Source: Rhodothermales bacterium
Lineage (GTDB): Bacteria > Bacteroidota > Rhodothermia > Rhodothermales > VXPQ01
Length of the DNA stretch: 64,000 nucleotides
Assembly: GCA_040904565.1 (NCBI GenBank)
Contig: JBBDTI010000075.1
Span: 170,508 to 234,507 of the forward strand
Direction of reading: 5' to 3'
Shown piece by piece: positions 61,212 through 64,000 of this stretch. The position numbers were made by a program, and so were the translations under genes. The first letter of the stretch is position 1. Each line of letters starts with the position of its first letter. The notes beneath the pieces are model-generated. The model was given only the letters and a program-made list of their open reading frames with translations. It ran no database searches and was not told the origin of the DNA.

Positions 61212-62510
61212 TCAGGCGGACCGCTTGACGACGAGCAACGTGGTGTCGTCGTGCTGCTCTACCCCATCGACGTGCTCTGCAAGGCGCGCCGTGATTGCGT
61301 CGAGTACGTCCGACGCACTGCCCCCTCGCGAGGTGGCCAGCACGTCCCGCAGCCGATCCTCACCGAACTCCTCGCGTTGGGCATTTCGGGCCTCGCTCAC
61401 TCCGTCGGAATAGAGCAGCAATACGCCCCCTTCCGGGATCCGGACCTGATCGAGCTCGTAACGGGCCTTTTCGAGTGCACCCAGTGCAATCCCTGCCTTC
61501 TCCAGCACACGCACGCTGCCGTCGCCATCGCAGAGCAATGGCCGATTGTGTCCGGCATTCGCATATCGGAACAGGTGGTCGCGCGGATCGACGATGCCGT
61601 AGACCATCGACACGAACGATCCGCTCTTCGTGCTGCGATAGAGCAGTCGCGTGAGCGTTTCAAGACAGGCCGCCGGGTCGGGTGCGTCCTCGTGGCGGGC
61701 CCGCAAGGAGGCCTGGACGGTCGCCATCAGGAGCGACGCCGCCAATCCCTTCCCTGAAACGTCAGCCACAGAAACCCCGATGGATCCATCCACGCGAAGC
61801 AGAAAATCGTAATAGTCTCCGCCCACGTTTTCCGCCGGGTCGCTCCGGCCCGCCAGATCGTAGCCGGGCACCTTCGGCGCCTTTTGCGGGAGCAGACGAT
61901 TCTGAATGTCGGCCGCCACCCGCAGATCCTGCCGAACCTGCAGCAGCGCGCGCTCCTCTTCGTACAGGCGGGCGTTTTCGACGACCTGGGCGGATTGCGC
62001 GGCGATGATGGTCAGGAGGCGCTGATCTTCCTCCGTAAATCCGGCATCCGATTTCTTGTTGAAAACGGTCAGGATGCCGATAAGGTCGGAACGGGCCAGT
62101 AGCGGGACGCAGAGGATGCTGCGCACCTCGTCATCCCAGTGGGTCCCGGGGAAGCGTGCGTCATCGTGCGGGTCGTTCAGCAGAATGGGCTGGCGGTGGT
62201 GAAACATCCACCCCAGAAGTTGCTGGTTGGCACGCATGGGTGCGTGACGAGCCGAGCTCGTCGACGTCCGGACCAGCGTTCGCGTCGGATCCGGGGCCTC
62301 CAGATCGACCAGCGAAATGACGCCCTGCTCCGCATCGAGCGCTCGGATCGAACGCTTTACGATCCGCCCCATGACCTCCTTCGCATCCCGGGATGCACCG
62401 ATCTCGCGAGCGAGCTCGTTGAGGACGGAGAGCTCCTCGACGGCGCGCTTGAGCCGTTCATTCTCACGACGGAGCCGCTCGACCGACGTATTTTCCTCAG
62501 GGTCATTCAT
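61212..62510 (-). CDS. GAF-domain PP2C/SpoIIE phosphatase (RsbU-like)
   Basis: N-terminal coiled coil and GAF domain; VGGDYYD, DVSGKG, NAGH, YSDGVSEA and DDTT motifs. Confidence 0.9.
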   Translation of the reverse strand: MNDPEENTSVERLRRENERLKRAVEELSVLNELAREIGASRDAKEVMGRIVKRSIRALDAEQGVISLVDLEAPDPTRTLVRTSTSSARHAPMRANQQLLGWMFHHRQPILLNDPHDDARFPGTHWDDEVRSILCVPLLARSDLIGILTVFNKKSDAGFTEEDQRLLTIIAAQSAQVVENARLYEEERALLQVRQDLRVAADIQNRLLPQKAPKVPGYDLAGRSDPAENVGGDYYDFLLRVDGSIGVSVADVSGKGLAASLLMATVQASLRARHEDAPDPAACLETLTRLLYRSTKSGSFVSMVYGIVDPRDHLFRYANAGHNRPLLCDGDGSVRVLEKAGIALGALEKARYELDQVRIPEGGVLLLYSDGVSEARNAQREEFGEDRLRDVLATSRGGSASDVLDAITARLAEHVDGVEQHDDTTLLVVKRSA

Positions 62511-62611
62511 GGGATCGTCGCATGCTCAAGCTCCATCCGCGGTGCCACCTGCTTGGGATACGCGAGTGCGCTTCAATGTAGTGAAACGAATCCACTCGCT
62601 CGTCGGGCGGA

Positions 62612-64000
62612 CTAAAAGAGTGCACTCAGCTGTACCTGCATGCTGTGAATCACCCGGGCGTCCGACGGCGCTCGTCCGTCGTAGGACAGGGTCGCCCGGA
62701 GATATTCGTTGACCGTATACTGCCCCCGAAGCGACCAGAGATACGACCTGCCCGGCCCCCGCCCGTCGGTCAGCTCGAACCGTGCCAGTCCCAGCGCCGT
62801 CCCCTGCACGTCCACCTCCGCCACCTCGAACCGTGCCGTCGCCCGCAGCTTTCGCGGGACGTTGTACCGCAGCTCCATGGGAAGCTTTACAAGCCGGGCC
62901 CGCCGTTGGCCGACGCCGTCCCGCTTCCACCCGTAGGCGATGGACGAAACAAGCTGGACGCGATCGGACACCGCGTAAGACGCTTCCGGTTCGAGGCGAA
63001 CGCCTGAGATGTCGTAGCGTCTGGACTCGAACGTCGCGCTGAAGAGGCGATCCTGTTCGAGCGCGGCCACGGCACGCAGTCCCCACGGCCCACCCGGCCG
63101 CGCCGTCCCCTCGGCACGCCACGTATTGACGAACCGCTCCTCGCTTCCGGCCGCCAGCTCGCTCAGGCTTCGGAGCCGGCTGAAGGAAACGTCCAGCCCG
63201 TAGTCCGGCCGACCGCGGAACAGGAAGACGTCCTGTGCCACGCGCACCCGTCCGTTCATGGTATGTACGGGATCGCGGAAGCGCCTCAGGTCGAGCAAAT
63301 ACACGCGCGTCACATTCGGGTCCCGCGACTTTTCTCGTACCTCCAGCACCGTGCGCGTGCTGACCTCGGAAAGCCATCGCTGCCACCGCGTGTCCGGCGA
63401 CGGCCACCATCGCCGAGGGTCAAGCTCCAGGCGGAGGCGGCTCTGCACGTTCACGACGGAGGTCAACGTATCCGACGGAATGAACGTCTTGACGTACGTC
63501 CCCTCGTTCGGAAGGCGCTCCGGAAGGAGCTCGTCGATCTGGACGATGCCGTCGTCATTCGCGTCCTCCCAGACGTACTGGCCGATTTCCGGCCCCGTTC
63601 TCACGTAGATCTCTTGCAGCGTGGGCGTACGCTCCGTCATCCCCTCATACAGAAGATTGATGCGCACGGCGCGCTGCAATGGGCGAAAGCCGCCGTTGAA
63701 CCGGAGGAGGAGGGATTGAACGTCCTTCCTGTTTTGCTCGATGCGAAATCGCTCCTCGAACCGTCGCGACCGGAAGCCGACGCTGCCATCCACGTCCAGC
63801 TGCGGGAACGGCCGGTATCGAACGGTAGACCGACCGGTCCAGGACGTCGAGGCCGGACGTATCGATCCGTCGATCCAGTCGTCTTCCGTGCGCCGCTCGA
63901 CGTATCCTCCGACCTCCAGATCACCGCCGTCCCACGCAAGGCCGGGACGTACCTCGACGAACCGAAAGGATGGGCGCACCAGGCTGTCCGCCCCGGCAGC
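62612..64000 (-). CDS. C-terminal part of a large outer-membrane beta-barrel protein (5' end outside window)
   Basis: Open frame runs to the window edge; alternating amphipathic strands; GQYVWEDANDDG loop; ends QLSALF. Confidence 0.7.
   Translation of the reverse strand, partial: AAGADSLVRPSFRFVEVRPGLAWDGGDLEVGGYVERRTEDDWIDGSIRPASTSWTGRSTVRYRPFPQLDVDGSVGFRSRRFEERFRIEQNRKDVQSLLLRFNGGFRPLQRAVRINLLYEGMTERTPTLQEIYVRTGPEIGQYVWEDANDDGIVQIDELLPERLPNEGTYVKTFIPSDTLTSVVNVQSRLRLELDPRRWWPSPDTRWQRWLSEVSTRTVLEVREKSRDPNVTRVYLLDLRRFRDPVHTMNGRVRVAQDVFLFRGRPDYGLDVSFSRLRSLSELAAGSEERFVNTWRAEGTARPGGPWGLRAVAALEQDRLFSATFESRRYDISGVRLEPEASYAVSDRVQLVSSIAYGWKRDGVGQRRARLVKLPMELRYNVPRKLRATARFEVAEVDVQGTALGLARFELTDGRGPGRSYLWSLRGQYTVNEYLRATLSYDGRAPSDARVIHSMQVQLSALF

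Overview
High-GC bacterial chromosomal window. Gene content and protein styles suggest Rhodothermota/Bacteroidota-Chlorobi relatives (inference). No rRNA, tRNA, CRISPR array, transposase or phage gene was recognised. 1-19 kb is an accessory catabolic region: TPR-peptidase, DUF3500, NIPSNAP, cupins, sulfatase, esterase, a GMC oxidase with a small Tat partner, a Gfo/Idh/MocA enzyme, two lower-Weimberg-type enzymes and a GH-like protein. 19-32 kb is housekeeping: a topo IV-like A/B pair, an AlbA_2 protein, gpsA, plsY, purM, a degenerate squalene/phytoene-synthase homolog and an atypical aconitase. 32-52 kb is a single minus-strand run, ilvBNC-leuBACD-cimA-gltBD-thrBC-crotonase. It is preceded by an unannotated Leu/Val/Ile-rich leader peptide with 1:2, 2:3 and 3:4 alternative helices, i.e. 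a ribosome-dependent attenuator; this is the strongest hidden signal. Divergent from it lie amt and a putative porin without glnK, behind twin LacI-type palindromes. The last 9 kb holds a DUF2064 glycosyltransferase, a cysteine desulfurase, murA, a Tat-exported oxidoreductase/TIM-barrel pair, a GAF-PP2C phosphatase and a truncated beta-barrel gene. All family calls come from motif recognition by eye, not database searches.
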